This document shows, piece by piece, positions 25,758-35,429 of a DNA stretch of 64,000 nucleotides (its first letter is position 1; each line of letters begins with the position of its first letter). Under the pieces are notes generated by a model. That model made no database searches. It worked only from the letters and a program-made list of their open reading frames with translations, and was not told the DNA's origin. Made by a program: the position numbers and the translations under genes. This DNA comes from Patescibacteria group bacterium. GTDB lineage: Bacteria; Patescibacteriota; Microgenomatia; Levybacterales; GWA1-39-11. The stretch is taken from positions 1,910 to 65,909 of the forward strand of contig DASZRG010000043.1 in assembly GCA_035549295.1 (NCBI GenBank). The letters are read 5' to 3'.

Positions 25758-26408
25758 TCAGATCTGGCCGTTTTTTAGTCTTTTTGAAAAATCTTCAAGA
25801 AGCTGCTCGAACGAATTAACAGGAATAACGTTTGCCGGAAGTTCAAGTCCCGCCCAATGCCTAAACACAGCGTTGTTAGTGAAATTTTTCATAACATATG
25901 CCAATACATTAGACGGCAAATTCATACTTACTGCCAAATCATCATCCACCTCAACTACTGAGTAGCCTTCGTCAACTTTAGTTTTAACAGTATTTACCTT
26001 ATATGGCAATGAATGCTTACGACCATCATGGGGATTTAAGTTAAAGTCGTCAATCACACTTCTGTAGCCCCACTTATAAAACCATTGTCTTGTTGTCTCA
26101 TGGTGCCGTGGTTCCCTTCCAGATAGAATATCAACACTTACCGCGCGACCTTCCTGGGCTACAATATTTCTAAAACTCCTAACCATCTCTGCTCCTCCGG
26201 GTTTTGGCATTCTATGTTCATATTTTGAATCGCCATCACCCTGAACTGTCGTTGCACTTAGAGTGTCATGTGCGGTTAATATTGGAACTATTAAATTTGA
26301 TCTTCGGATGAGTTTCCAGGCAGTTGGACCTGGCAACGGAGCATTAACGTGCACTCCATCGGCGTCGTTTTGAAATGAAATAGGACTTGGTAATTCACCG
26401 CTTGGCAT
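25758..26408 (-). CDS. Hypothetical protein (216 aa)
   Basis: Clean ORF; no recognised motif. Confidence 0.45.
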   Translation of the reverse strand: MPSGELPSPISFQNDADGVHVNAPLPGPTAWKLIRRSNLIVPILTAHDTLSATTVQGDGDSKYEHRMPKPGGAEMVRSFRNIVAQEGRAVSVDILSGREPRHHETTRQWFYKWGYRSVIDDFNLNPHDGRKHSLPYKVNTVKTKVDEGYSVVEVDDDLAVSMNLPSNVLAYVMKNFTNNAVFRHWAGLELPANVIPVNSFEQLLEDFSKRLKNGQI

Positions 26409-26445
26409 TTCCGGATGGTAACAGAGTCGACTTTAAAAGTCAAAG

Positions 26446-27399
26446 CTAGCTTACAATTTCCACCTCAACTTCCGGCGTAAAGTTGAATGTCTCGACGAAT
26501 TTTTCCTGAATTGCCTTAATTATTGAAAGTACGTCTGTTGCTTTTGCGCCGCCTAGATTGACAATAAAATTTCCATGCTTTGACGAGACCATCGCATTAC
26601 CTACTCTATATTCTGAAAAATTGAGTCTTTTTATCAAATAACCCATAGCAACTTTTCCATACCAATCGCGCTTTATTTTATCTTCTAGATCAGGAAACAC
26701 TTCAATTATTGACTGAGTGTGTTCGGGGTCTGAGATATTTTTGAAAACACTTCCGCAATTTGGATATTCCAGGGGATGGCGAACTCTTCTATACTCCATG
26801 TTGTTAACATAAGTCTGTCTTGCTTTGAGAACCGTTGCATCATCTACTTTTGTAAGTCTGAATTGCGCCGAAATAACTCCAAGTTTTTTCATTTTTACTA
26901 ATGAATTGCGATAAGAAAATTTAAGTTCAAATCTTTTTAAAACTTTGAATTTTGGTTTACCATTTATCACCTCAAATATCTCTACCTCTTTTACGCTATC
27001 CTTTATTTCTCCTCCAAATGCGCCGACATTGCCGCGAATTGCAGCACCTACATCCCCAGGAAGGCCACCTGCCCATTCAAGACCAACGAGGTTATTATTT
27101 AGTGCAAACTTTACAAGATCATCAAGCACAACACCCGCATCTGCCTCTATGATATGTGGTTTTAAGAGTCTTATTTTGCCGGGAACAAAACGAATAACAG
27201 CTCCATCAAAATATTCATCTGTGAAAATGAGATTTGAACCAGTCCCAAGAAAAAATGTTTTGGTAATCTTTTCTCGTTTTAACAACTCAAATACCTTTTT
27301 GATATCATCCTTATTTTCGACATCATATAGATATTTAACTAGTCCACCAATTCGATAGTAAAGGATATCCGATATTTTAAAGTCTGAATAAAGTTTCAT
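26446..27399 (-). CDS. murB: UDP-N-acetylenolpyruvoylglucosamine reductase
   Basis: An FAD-binding domain is followed by the MurB C-terminal domain (GLEWAGGLPGDVGAAIRGNVGAFGGEI). Confidence 0.85.
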   Translation of the reverse strand: MKLYSDFKISDILYYRIGGLVKYLYDVENKDDIKKVFELLKREKITKTFFLGTGSNLIFTDEYFDGAVIRFVPGKIRLLKPHIIEADAGVVLDDLVKFALNNNLVGLEWAGGLPGDVGAAIRGNVGAFGGEIKDSVKEVEIFEVINGKPKFKVLKRFELKFSYRNSLVKMKKLGVISAQFRLTKVDDATVLKARQTYVNNMEYRRVRHPLEYPNCGSVFKNISDPEHTQSIIEVFPDLEDKIKRDWYGKVAMGYLIKRLNFSEYRVGNAMVSSKHGNFIVNLGGAKATDVLSIIKAIQEKFVETFNFTPEVEVEIVS

Positions 27400-27489
27400 A
27401 TCTAGGAAATTCTAGTGCTATTCCTAATCAAGCACCAAATTCAAAATAACAAGATCCAAATAATTTTTCAAATATAAATTTTCAAACTA

Positions 27490-27849
27490 TTAAGATTTAT
27501 TTGCTATTGCTGCAAAGATTTTAACAAATTCACTCGCCTCCTGCATTAGAGGTTCCAATTCACGTCTGAAGTCTAAATTTGCGTCTATGAGCAGGTCAAA
27601 CCAATAAACAGTTTCCTTCGACTCTTTTCTACAGATTCTTATCCTAAAAAAGAAATCCTTTTTTGTTTCTGTTTCATTTGCTTCTCGATAATTTGCACCG
27701 ATTGAGGTCGCTGATCTTACAAGTTGATCTATTAGTTTAAAATTAACGGTATTCTTGGGTAAAGAGCTTAAAACTTTAATCGTTTTCTTGCTGAACTCTA
27801 AAGTTCTATCTTCTAAGTCATACTTTTTAATGTTTGATGCTTGAGACAT
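27490..27849 (-). CDS. Four-helix-bundle protein (23S rRNA intervening-sequence protein / bAvd-like family)
   Basis: The sequence LIDQLVRSATSIGANYREANETETKKDFFFRIRICRKESKETVYWFDL matches the TIGR02436-type four-helix-bundle family. Confidence 0.75.
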   Translation of the reverse strand: MSQASNIKKYDLEDRTLEFSKKTIKVLSSLPKNTVNFKLIDQLVRSATSIGANYREANETETKKDFFFRIRICRKESKETVYWFDLLIDANLDFRRELEPLMQEASEFVKIFAAIANKS

Positions 27850-27881
27850 TATTTGGAACTTGGAATTTGGAATTTGATGCT

Positions 27882-29675
27882 TTAGTCTCTTGTTGCGTCG
27901 GCAACATGTTCTTCTTCCAGGCGGAAGATACCTTCATCAAGTCTTTTTTGATCAAGGAAATGGGAGATAAATCCAATTGAGCGGGATGCGACAAAAATTG
28001 CGTTAAAGAATTCAATATCTACAAGCTGCTTTAATTCATCAACTGAATAGCCTTCCTTTTCTGATAATAAATCAAGAAGTACCGCAGCTATTGATCCATC
28101 TATATTGAGAATGAGATTTCCCTTTTTCGCAACTGTTACTTTTTCTATTTCTTTTGCAAATTTTGTGTACTTGGCATCAAGTCCTTCTGTGAAAGACAGA
28201 ACTTCAGCAACACGCGGATCTGGAATATCAACTCTATATTTTCTGTGACCTATTCCTGAAATATATTTTTTATTTGCCGCAAATTCTTCAACAAACTTTG
28301 ATGCATCAACATCTCGTTCAACACCCATCACAAAATTTGCTGCTGCTTCATTTATGGCCCCTCCAAATCGTGGACCTATTGTTAAAATTCCTGTAGCTAG
28401 TGACGACACAAGATCGCGTCCTGCGCGTGCTGTAATAATGGTATTAACTGCACCTGATACATATGGACCATGGTCAACAAGAAGTTTGAGAACAAAATTC
28501 ATAAAATCTTCGAGTTCTTGTGACTTGATTTTTTTTCCAAGAAACATTGAGGCAACAACGTACCCAAACGAGTGATTTTTTGAAAAACTCAAAAGTTCTT
28601 CACCCACTATTTTGACACTTCCACCATCATCCCTTGAAATACTTGTTGATATAAGTCCATGTTTTCGACTGTCCATATCATCTATTATAGCCTGTTTCTC
28701 ATCATTTTCTTCCGATAACTCCTGAGGTATCTCGCTCATCATTTGCACAAATTCAGAAAAGCTTTCTGCGACATGAACTCCGGCGTCCCTCAGAGCATCT
28801 CGTTTGGCGCGAGCTGTCTCGCGCGCGTTTGCCGCCATTGCTTTCGCATGACCAAATTGCGGAGCTGTTGGGAAAATTTCAGCAACGGTTCCCGCAATAT
28901 AACAATAAACAGGTTTTGTAAGTTTTCCGCTTTGTATAAGTTCACAAACTCCATATTCATCCGTTCCACCTAGCTCTCCAAAATAAACTATATACTCAGT
29001 TGCCGCATCATTTTCAGCCGCAAGGAATGCTTCTTTTGGTGGAGTTGCAGGAAATCTTTCACCTCCGAAATGGAGCGCAAATGAAATATTTTTCTTGTGT
29101 TGTGCAAGAATGTTTATAAGCTCATTCGTTGTCCCACCTGATGCTGAAAAAACCGCAATGTTACCTCGCTTAAATAAGCGTGCATCAACCAGTTGTCTAT
29201 GCGTAACTCCTCCGATAGCACCAAGTTTTACAATATTCGGAATAATAAGTCCCACCGATGCTGGACCGATGATAAATATATTTTTCGCATCGGCAAGAGT
29301 CTTAAGATCTATCGCATGTTTTTCTGGAACACCTTCTGCAAAAACAGTACCGCCAATAATCGACGGTAATTTTTCAATCGCGTCAGCCGATGAAACAAAA
29401 GCGCGTCTACCCGATGAAACATTTATAAAATATGTGATAGCCTCACGAAGATCACTTGGGATTTTTGCAACTTCAGAATAGACGGGAATTAAAATTTCTT
29501 TTTTTCCAAAAAAGTATCTCTCAAATCGACGGCCCGCAGCAACAATTCCAATAATCGATGGTTTAGTATTTCCCGATGTAAATTCAAAATCTAGAATTGA
29601 TTGAATTATCGACGGATAAGATCCGATGAATAATATTTTTTTGTCTGAACTGATTATTTTGTCTATGCTGATCAT
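27882..29675 (-). CDS. aclA: ATP-citrate lyase subunit A-like protein (succinyl-CoA-synthetase-alpha-like CoA-binding domain plus citrate-synthase-like citryl-CoA lyase domain)
   Basis: Alignable blocks to ATP-citrate lyase include KEILIPVY, IIGPASVGLI, the phospho-His loop QFGHAKAMAA, HGPYVSGAVNTIITARAGRDLVSSLATGILTIGPRFGGA, GIGHRKYRVDIPDPR, KKGNLILNIDG and FISHFLDQKRL. Confidence 0.85.
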   Translation of the reverse strand: MISIDKIISSDKKILFIGSYPSIIQSILDFEFTSGNTKPSIIGIVAAGRRFERYFFGKKEILIPVYSEVAKIPSDLREAITYFINVSSGRRAFVSSADAIEKLPSIIGGTVFAEGVPEKHAIDLKTLADAKNIFIIGPASVGLIIPNIVKLGAIGGVTHRQLVDARLFKRGNIAVFSASGGTTNELINILAQHKKNISFALHFGGERFPATPPKEAFLAAENDAATEYIVYFGELGGTDEYGVCELIQSGKLTKPVYCYIAGTVAEIFPTAPQFGHAKAMAANARETARAKRDALRDAGVHVAESFSEFVQMMSEIPQELSEENDEKQAIIDDMDSRKHGLISTSISRDDGGSVKIVGEELLSFSKNHSFGYVVASMFLGKKIKSQELEDFMNFVLKLLVDHGPYVSGAVNTIITARAGRDLVSSLATGILTIGPRFGGAINEAAANFVMGVERDVDASKFVEEFAANKKYISGIGHRKYRVDIPDPRVAEVLSFTEGLDAKYTKFAKEIEKVTVAKKGNLILNIDGSIAAVLLDLLSEKEGYSVDELKQLVDIEFFNAIFVASRSIGFISHFLDQKRLDEGIFRLEEEHVADATRD

Positions 29676-29747
29676 TTTTTTTCCTTGTCATTCTTAAGGA
29701 GCAACGCGACTGAAGAATCTTTGTTAAAGATCCTTCGAGCTTCGCTC

Positions 29748-30935
29748 TCAGGATGACAAACTTATAATTGCTTCACCTACAATATCTGACACCACAAATT
29801 CCGGGCCATGAACTGCACCTAGTAGCTTATTTTCATCTAAGAATTTTCTCATAATCTCAAGGCCTTCTTTCTGATGTGGACCACCGCGTCTTACAAAAAC
29901 TTTAACTCCTTGCTCTTGAAGATCTGGTACGACATCCGATATAGCACGAATAACTCCCAAAAAAGTCGTTCTAATATCTGTAAAGTTTGCAACTCCTCCA
30001 CCGATAATTAACACCTTTTTCTTCGCCTGAGATTTTAAAAGTAGAGAAAGTAAATTTTTTGCATAGAGAAATGTCTCCTCTTCAGTCGGATTTCCAGAAT
30101 ACTCTCCATAGTTTGCAAGTTCTCCACCATATCCAAGACTCTGGACTTCATCTGCCAGCATTACACTCACTCCTCCACCTGAGAGCAACATAAAAATAGA
30201 ACCATTAGGATTGAGAACAGTTAGCGTAAGCGACGATGAACTTTTCTCGGCAACTTTTGCAATATTTTTCTCTTCCTCAGTTTTATCAAGCTTTGCGGAT
30301 CGGATATCGTGACTACTCCAGTTATCGACAAAAAATTCAGCAGCCGAATCTACTTCACTTGCTATATCAAGCATGAACGGTGTCTTAAAAGAAATAACAA
30401 GAGGATTTATCTCAAGGAATGAAAAATAATTTATTTCAAAAACTTCAATTATTTTGGTAAGAAAGTCAGGACTTAATTCTATTTTTGACGCGACTTCTTC
30501 TATATCTTTTGGATCTGTAATCAGATGTTTTTTTACTTCATGCTCATACGCTTCAACATCAACTCCACCCTTACTTGAGTAATAAAGGACAGTCCCCTCC
30601 CCCGCTCTCTCAAGTGCAAGATAGTGTTCTTCTGAATCTTCATGAGCTATCATTTCCTCAATCAAAAAATGAGAATATCCTTTTTTACTCAGTTCTGAAA
30701 CTGCATCTATTATGTCGTTTGCTTTTTCAAGATCAAGTTTTATAAGTCCTTGTTTAAATCTCTTTTTAATTCCTTGATCAACTTTAACAACGTATTTTTT
30801 ATCGGTCTTTACTGAATCTTCGATCTTTGAAATTGGATCATGATCTATCGTGAAAGGGAAACCAGAATATGGTGTTTTGAGATGATTGTTGACGATAGTT
30901 TTTGCGCGAAATTCGGATAACTTTACTCGTGGCAT
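29748..30935 (-). CDS. aclB: ATP-citrate lyase subunit B-like protein (ATP-grasp, succinyl-CoA-synthetase-beta-like)
   Basis: Blocks matching the ACLY N-terminal half include YLEINPLV, LTVLNPNGSIFMLLSGGGVSVM, ELANYGEYSGNPTEEETFLYAKNLLSLL, KVLIIGGGVANFTDI and VFVRRGGPHQKEGLEIM. Confidence 0.85.
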   Translation of the reverse strand: MPRVKLSEFRAKTIVNNHLKTPYSGFPFTIDHDPISKIEDSVKTDKKYVVKVDQGIKKRFKQGLIKLDLEKANDIIDAVSELSKKGYSHFLIEEMIAHEDSEEHYLALERAGEGTVLYYSSKGGVDVEAYEHEVKKHLITDPKDIEEVASKIELSPDFLTKIIEVFEINYFSFLEINPLVISFKTPFMLDIASEVDSAAEFFVDNWSSHDIRSAKLDKTEEEKNIAKVAEKSSSSLTLTVLNPNGSIFMLLSGGGVSVMLADEVQSLGYGGELANYGEYSGNPTEEETFLYAKNLLSLLLKSQAKKKVLIIGGGVANFTDIRTTFLGVIRAISDVVPDLQEQGVKVFVRRGGPHQKEGLEIMRKFLDENKLLGAVHGPEFVVSDIVGEAIISLSS

Positions 30936-30992
30936 ACTAGTATCAAGTATAAGGTATTAGGTATAAAGTATAAAGAGGCAGCGGCAATAAGA

Positions 30993-31766
30993 TTAAACTT
31001 CAATTCTCATCATATCTTCGCCAACAATGACTTCGCAATTGGCAATATTTTTGATGGTTGCGATCATCTCCTCTTCGCGACCCACGCATTGAGGACCAAT
31101 ATGAGTTAAAACTACTTTCTTAAATCCGCCAATTTTTGCCAAGTTACCAATATCCTCGGGACATAAATGATTACCTATCAATGACTTTTTATCCGGGAAG
31201 GAACATTCAAGTATTGCTATATCGGCATTGCGACCTAGCTCACATATTGTTTCGTCATAACCCATATCTCCTGAATAGACAATGGATTTATCTGAAAAAT
31301 CCAATCGATATGCAAGACTATCTGCGGTGTGTTTTATGCGTGAAGTTGTTACTTTAAAATCAGATGAAGCAATAACAGTACCATCATTAATACTTTGAAT
31401 ACTAAATACATCTTCTAATTTGAAATCTTCTTTATACAATTTCCAAACATTCAACATAATGTCTTGCACACTTGGTGGAACGTTAACTAAAACTTTTTCA
31501 AGTTTTCTATTACGAGTCTCCACGCATCGTCCCTGCATAAATTGGATAAGATCCACATTGTGGTCTATGTGATGATGAGTAATAAAGATATGAGTTGGTT
31601 TAACAAATATATCCATCCCACTCGAGAGCATTTTATGTAACACGCCACCGCCCATATCAAATAATAAATACGAGTCTCCAATTTCAATTCCCCAACCGGA
31701 ATACGATCTAAGCGGTTTATTAGGGGACGGCGCACAGAATCCGGTGCCGTAGAGAGTTAATTGCAT
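30993..31766 (-). CDS. MBL-fold metallo-hydrolase
   Basis: An HxHxDH motif (ITHHHIDHNVD) with downstream His/Asp ligands in a 257 aa ORF. Confidence 0.75.
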   Translation of the reverse strand: MQLTLYGTGFCAPSPNKPLRSYSGWGIEIGDSYLLFDMGGGVLHKMLSSGMDIFVKPTHIFITHHHIDHNVDLIQFMQGRCVETRNRKLEKVLVNVPPSVQDIMLNVWKLYKEDFKLEDVFSIQSINDGTVIASSDFKVTTSRIKHTADSLAYRLDFSDKSIVYSGDMGYDETICELGRNADIAILECSFPDKKSLIGNHLCPEDIGNLAKIGGFKKVVLTHIGPQCVGREEEMIATIKNIANCEVIVGEDMMRIEV

Positions 31767-31912
31767 GAGGATATTATATCAGTAAGGAGAGTTGGGGGAG
31801 TAAGGTAAGTTAGGGGTTAGTAATGACGTTGGGATACGGAAGAGATTCTGAAACAAGTTCAGAATGACGACGTTGGATGGTCAATTGTCAGTTGTTAATT
31901 GTCAATTGTAAA

Positions 31913-34060
31913 TTACTGGGCTGTAATGCGGCCTGTGAATGTGGATTTTGCGAGCATTGCTTGGACAATGTTCTGTGGAACTTCTTCATAGTGTGATGGC
32001 TCCATGTAGTAAGTTGCGCGACCCTGTGACATAGACCTGAGAGTTGTTGCATAACCTGAAAGCTCTGATAGTGGAACCATTGCAAGAATAATTCTTGCAT
32101 TTCCACGCTCTTCAGATCCTGAAATCTGTGCACGCTTTGAAGAAAGATCTCCAATAACATCTCCCATAAACTCCTCAGGTGTTGTGACTTCAACTTTCAT
32201 GATTGGCTCAAGAAGTTTCATGTCACCTTTTTTAGCTGCTGCTTGAAGTGCCATAGATGCAGCAATCTTAAATGCGATATCTGACGAATCGACATCATGA
32301 TATGAACCATCGTAAACAGTAACTTTCAAATCAACAATTGGATACCCTAATAGAATTCCTTTCTCGAGAGTTTCAGCAACTCCCTTACTGACTGATGTTA
32401 CAAATTCCGCTGGAATCGCACCACCCTTAATTGCATTTACAAACTCATATCCTTCACCGCGTGGATTTGGCTGAATTCTCAACCAACAATGTCCATATTG
32501 TCCTCGTCCTCCTGTTTGCTTAATATACTTACCCTCCCCTGTTGCTTCAATTCCAAATGTCTCTTTGTATGCAACTTGAGGAGCACCAACATTTGCAAGC
32601 ACATTAAATTCTCGCTTCATACGGTCTACCATGATCTCAAGTTGAAGCTCTCCGACTCCAGAAATAATAGTCTGGTTGGTCTCGTGGTTGGTCTTAACTG
32701 TAAATGTTGGATCTTCTTCCATGAGACGCTTTAGAGCAAGCCCCATTTTTTCTTGGTCTGATTTGGTCTTTGGCTCAATGGCAAGTGAAATAACAGGTTC
32801 TGGGAAGGTAATCTTTTCAAGAACAATTGGTTTTGTTTCATCACAAATTGTATCTCCGGTTATTGTGTCTTTAAGCCCTACTACAGCAACTATTTCTCCA
32901 GCATAAGCTTCCGCTATCTCTTCTCTCTGATTGGAGTGCATCAGAAGAAGTCGACCTACACGCTCTTTTACATCGCGAGTTGAATTGTAAGCGTAAGAAC
33001 CGGATACCAACTTACCAGAATATATACGAACGAAAGTAATTTTTCCGACGTGCGGATCAATTTGGACCTTAAATGCAAATCCTGTAAATGCCTCTTCAGG
33101 AACTAATTTTCTTGTTTCATCAGTATTTGTCTTTGGATTGATACCCTTAACTTCACCAAGATCAGCAGGAGATGGAAGGTAGTCAACAACTGCATCAAGA
33201 AGTGGCTGAACTCCTTTGTTGCGAAGCGATGTACCTGCATAGATTGGAACTAATTTATATCCGACAACTGCTTTGCGAAGTCCTTGTTTCAACTCTTCAT
33301 TTGAGATCTCTTCACTGTTGAGGTATTTTTCAAGAAGTGTGTCGTCATTTTCTGCAATCTTTTCGATCATCTTGTGACGATATTCCTCAACTTGTGCCTT
33401 CATATCAGCAGGAATTTCATCTGAAATATCGTACTTTGCTCCAAGCTCTTCCCCGCCCCAAGTAAGTGCTTTCATATTGAGAAGATCAACAACTCCTTTA
33501 AAATCGTTCTCAGCACCAATCGGAAGAACCATAATGCATGGGTTTGCACCGAGTCTATCCTCAATTGATTTAACGGTCTTTAGAAAGTCAGCACCGAGCT
33601 TGTCCATTTTGTTAACAAAACAAATTCTTGGAACATGATATTTATCAGCCTGACGCCATACAGTCTCTGACTGTGACTGTACACCTTCTTCTGCATCAAG
33701 AACAGTTACGGCTCCATCTAAAACACGAAGTGAACGCTCAACCTCTGCTGTAAAGTCGACGTGCCCGGGAGTATCAATAAGATTTATTCTGTATGGGATA
33801 TCTTGCCCTTCTGAACGTCCAAGTGGTGTATGTGTCCAAAAAGTGGTAGTTGCCGCAGAAACGATAGTAATACCTCGCTCTCGCTCTTGGTCCATCCAGT
33901 CCATTACTGTATTTCCATCGTCGATATCTCCAATTTTGTATGACTTTCCAGTATAGTAAAGAATACGTTCTGAGGTGGTTGTTTTACCTGCATCAATATG
34001 CGCAATAATTCCAATGTTGCGAATTTTATCGAGTGGTACTTGTCGTGATGTGTCTGCCAT
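31913..34060 (-). CDS. fusA: Elongation factor G
   Basis: The 715 aa ORF has the N-terminus [22 protein letters not shown] and matches EF-G along its full length. Confidence 0.97.
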   Translation of the reverse strand: MADTSRQVPLDKIRNIGIIAHIDAGKTTTSERILYYTGKSYKIGDIDDGNTVMDWMDQERERGITIVSAATTTFWTHTPLGRSEGQDIPYRINLIDTPGHVDFTAEVERSLRVLDGAVTVLDAEEGVQSQSETVWRQADKYHVPRICFVNKMDKLGADFLKTVKSIEDRLGANPCIMVLPIGAENDFKGVVDLLNMKALTWGGEELGAKYDISDEIPADMKAQVEEYRHKMIEKIAENDDTLLEKYLNSEEISNEELKQGLRKAVVGYKLVPIYAGTSLRNKGVQPLLDAVVDYLPSPADLGEVKGINPKTNTDETRKLVPEEAFTGFAFKVQIDPHVGKITFVRIYSGKLVSGSYAYNSTRDVKERVGRLLLMHSNQREEIAEAYAGEIVAVVGLKDTITGDTICDETKPIVLEKITFPEPVISLAIEPKTKSDQEKMGLALKRLMEEDPTFTVKTNHETNQTIISGVGELQLEIMVDRMKREFNVLANVGAPQVAYKETFGIEATGEGKYIKQTGGRGQYGHCWLRIQPNPRGEGYEFVNAIKGGAIPAEFVTSVSKGVAETLEKGILLGYPIVDLKVTVYDGSYHDVDSSDIAFKIAASMALQAAAKKGDMKLLEPIMKVEVTTPEEFMGDVIGDLSSKRAQISGSEERGNARIILAMVPLSELSGYATTLRSMSQGRATYYMEPSHYEEVPQNIVQAMLAKSTFTGRITAQ

Positions 34061-34204
34061 AAATAAAAATAAACTCGAGCTACTTGCCTCGAGGTTTATA
34101 TTCTATCAAAAATTTCCTCCCCCTGCAATAATGCGCAGTGGCTGAGTTGGATCATCACTGATTGTAAACTGATTCACGCTGATTTAATTTCACAAAATGA
34201 TTTT

Positions 34205-34213
34205 TGCTATAAT
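34205..34213 (+). promoter_or_regulatory. Extended -10 element TGCTATAAT, 6 nt upstream of the pepP ATG (leaderless configuration)
   Basis: TGnTATAAT lies at 34205-34213 and the ATG at 34220. Confidence 0.45.
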
Positions 34214-34219
34214 CGTCCA

Positions 34220-35302
34220 ATGAGTGGAAACAGAATTAAAATTCTTCAGGAGAATTTGGTGGATTATAAGATTGATGCGCTCCTTGTTTCATCGGCTATT
34301 AATATTCAATATCTAACAGGTTACTCGAACTTCTCAAAAGATGAGAGGGAGGCGTATCTTTTTGTTACGGGAACATCCGCAACTCTTTTTACTGACTCAA
34401 GATACATTGAGGCGGTCGAAAAAATCATTCCTAAAAATGTTAATGCCACAACCAAAAGACCAATTTCTGATGAAATAAACAAAATCGTAAAAGAAGAAAA
34501 CGTTGAAAAAATTGGTTTTGAAAATAACTTTACATATGATGAGCATTCGCGATTTAAAAAGAAAATATCTGCAAAACTTGTTTTGGTCGACAGCCTAATT
34601 GAAGAACTTCGAAGCGTAAAGGATGATTCAGAAATTGAATCAATTAAAAAAGCTGCAGCACTAACCGACAAAACGTTTACATTTATTAAAAATCAAATAA
34701 AGATCGGTTCTACAGAAAAACAAATTGCGTGGGAAATGGAGAAATATATTCGAGAAAATGGTGGCATCTTGGCTTTCGATACTATAGTAGCTTTCGGTGC
34801 AAATTCTTCGGTGCCGCATCACTTAACATCAGATAAAAGACTTAAGACTGAAGATGAATTTGTTTTACTTGATTTCGGATCGAGAGTCGACGGATACTGC
34901 TCTGACATGACGCGGACTATTCTCACAGAAAGCGCATCGGATCGCGCAAGAAAAATTTATGAAGCAGTTTTAGAAGCTCAAGAGTCATCCGCTCAATTGA
35001 TTAATCAATTAATCAAAGCGTCAAAACCTGTTGATGGAGCAGTTATTGCTCGACGCGCAAATGAAGTATTAAAACAACATGGGTTTGCCGACGTTCCACA
35101 TGGGCTCGGCCATGGGATAGGACTTGAAGTACATGAGCTACCTCATCTTCATCCAAAATTGACAGACGAAATACTTGTTGAGGAGAATTATTTCTCAATA
35201 GAACCAGGAATATATATACCAGGATTTGGTGGAGTTAGAATTGAGGATGATTATTTGATGACAAAGAATGGGCTTGAGCAAGTAACAAAATCACCGAAGT
35301 AA
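34220..35302 (+). CDS. pepP: Xaa-Pro aminopeptidase / M24 family metallopeptidase
   Basis: The pita-bread fold carries metal ligands in the motifs HGLGHGIGLEVHE and DGYCSDMTRT. Confidence 0.85.
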   Translation: MSGNRIKILQENLVDYKIDALLVSSAINIQYLTGYSNFSKDEREAYLFVTGTSATLFTDSRYIEAVEKIIPKNVNATTKRPISDEINKIVKEENVEKIGFENNFTYDEHSRFKKKISAKLVLVDSLIEELRSVKDDSEIESIKKAAALTDKTFTFIKNQIKIGSTEKQIAWEMEKYIRENGGILAFDTIVAFGANSSVPHHLTSDKRLKTEDEFVLLDFGSRVDGYCSDMTRTILTESASDRARKIYEAVLEAQESSAQLINQLIKASKPVDGAVIARRANEVLKQHGFADVPHGLGHGIGLEVHELPHLHPKLTDEILVEENYFSIEPGIYIPGFGGVRIEDDYLMTKNGLEQVTKSPK

Positions 35303-35429
35303 TCGAGATACTAGATATTAGAAACAAGTAACTACTTAAGGATTAAGTTAAAAAAAGTTTAAAGTTATTATTCAAATATATTGATCCAAATCACATACAA
35401 CTCGCATAATTCATGATTAAATTCGCATT

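Noticed and set aside
27490-27849. Diversity-generating retroelement suggested by the bAvd-like four-helix-bundle gene
   Set aside because: There is no reverse transcriptase and no adenine-variable repeat pair within the window. Neighbouring genes are conserved metabolic enzymes.
12157-31766. The 20 kb block between tuf and fusA as a genomic island or integrative element
   Set aside because: There is no integrase, transposase, tRNA target or long flanking direct repeats, and composition looks similar to the flanks. It was treated as a lineage-specific rearrangement.
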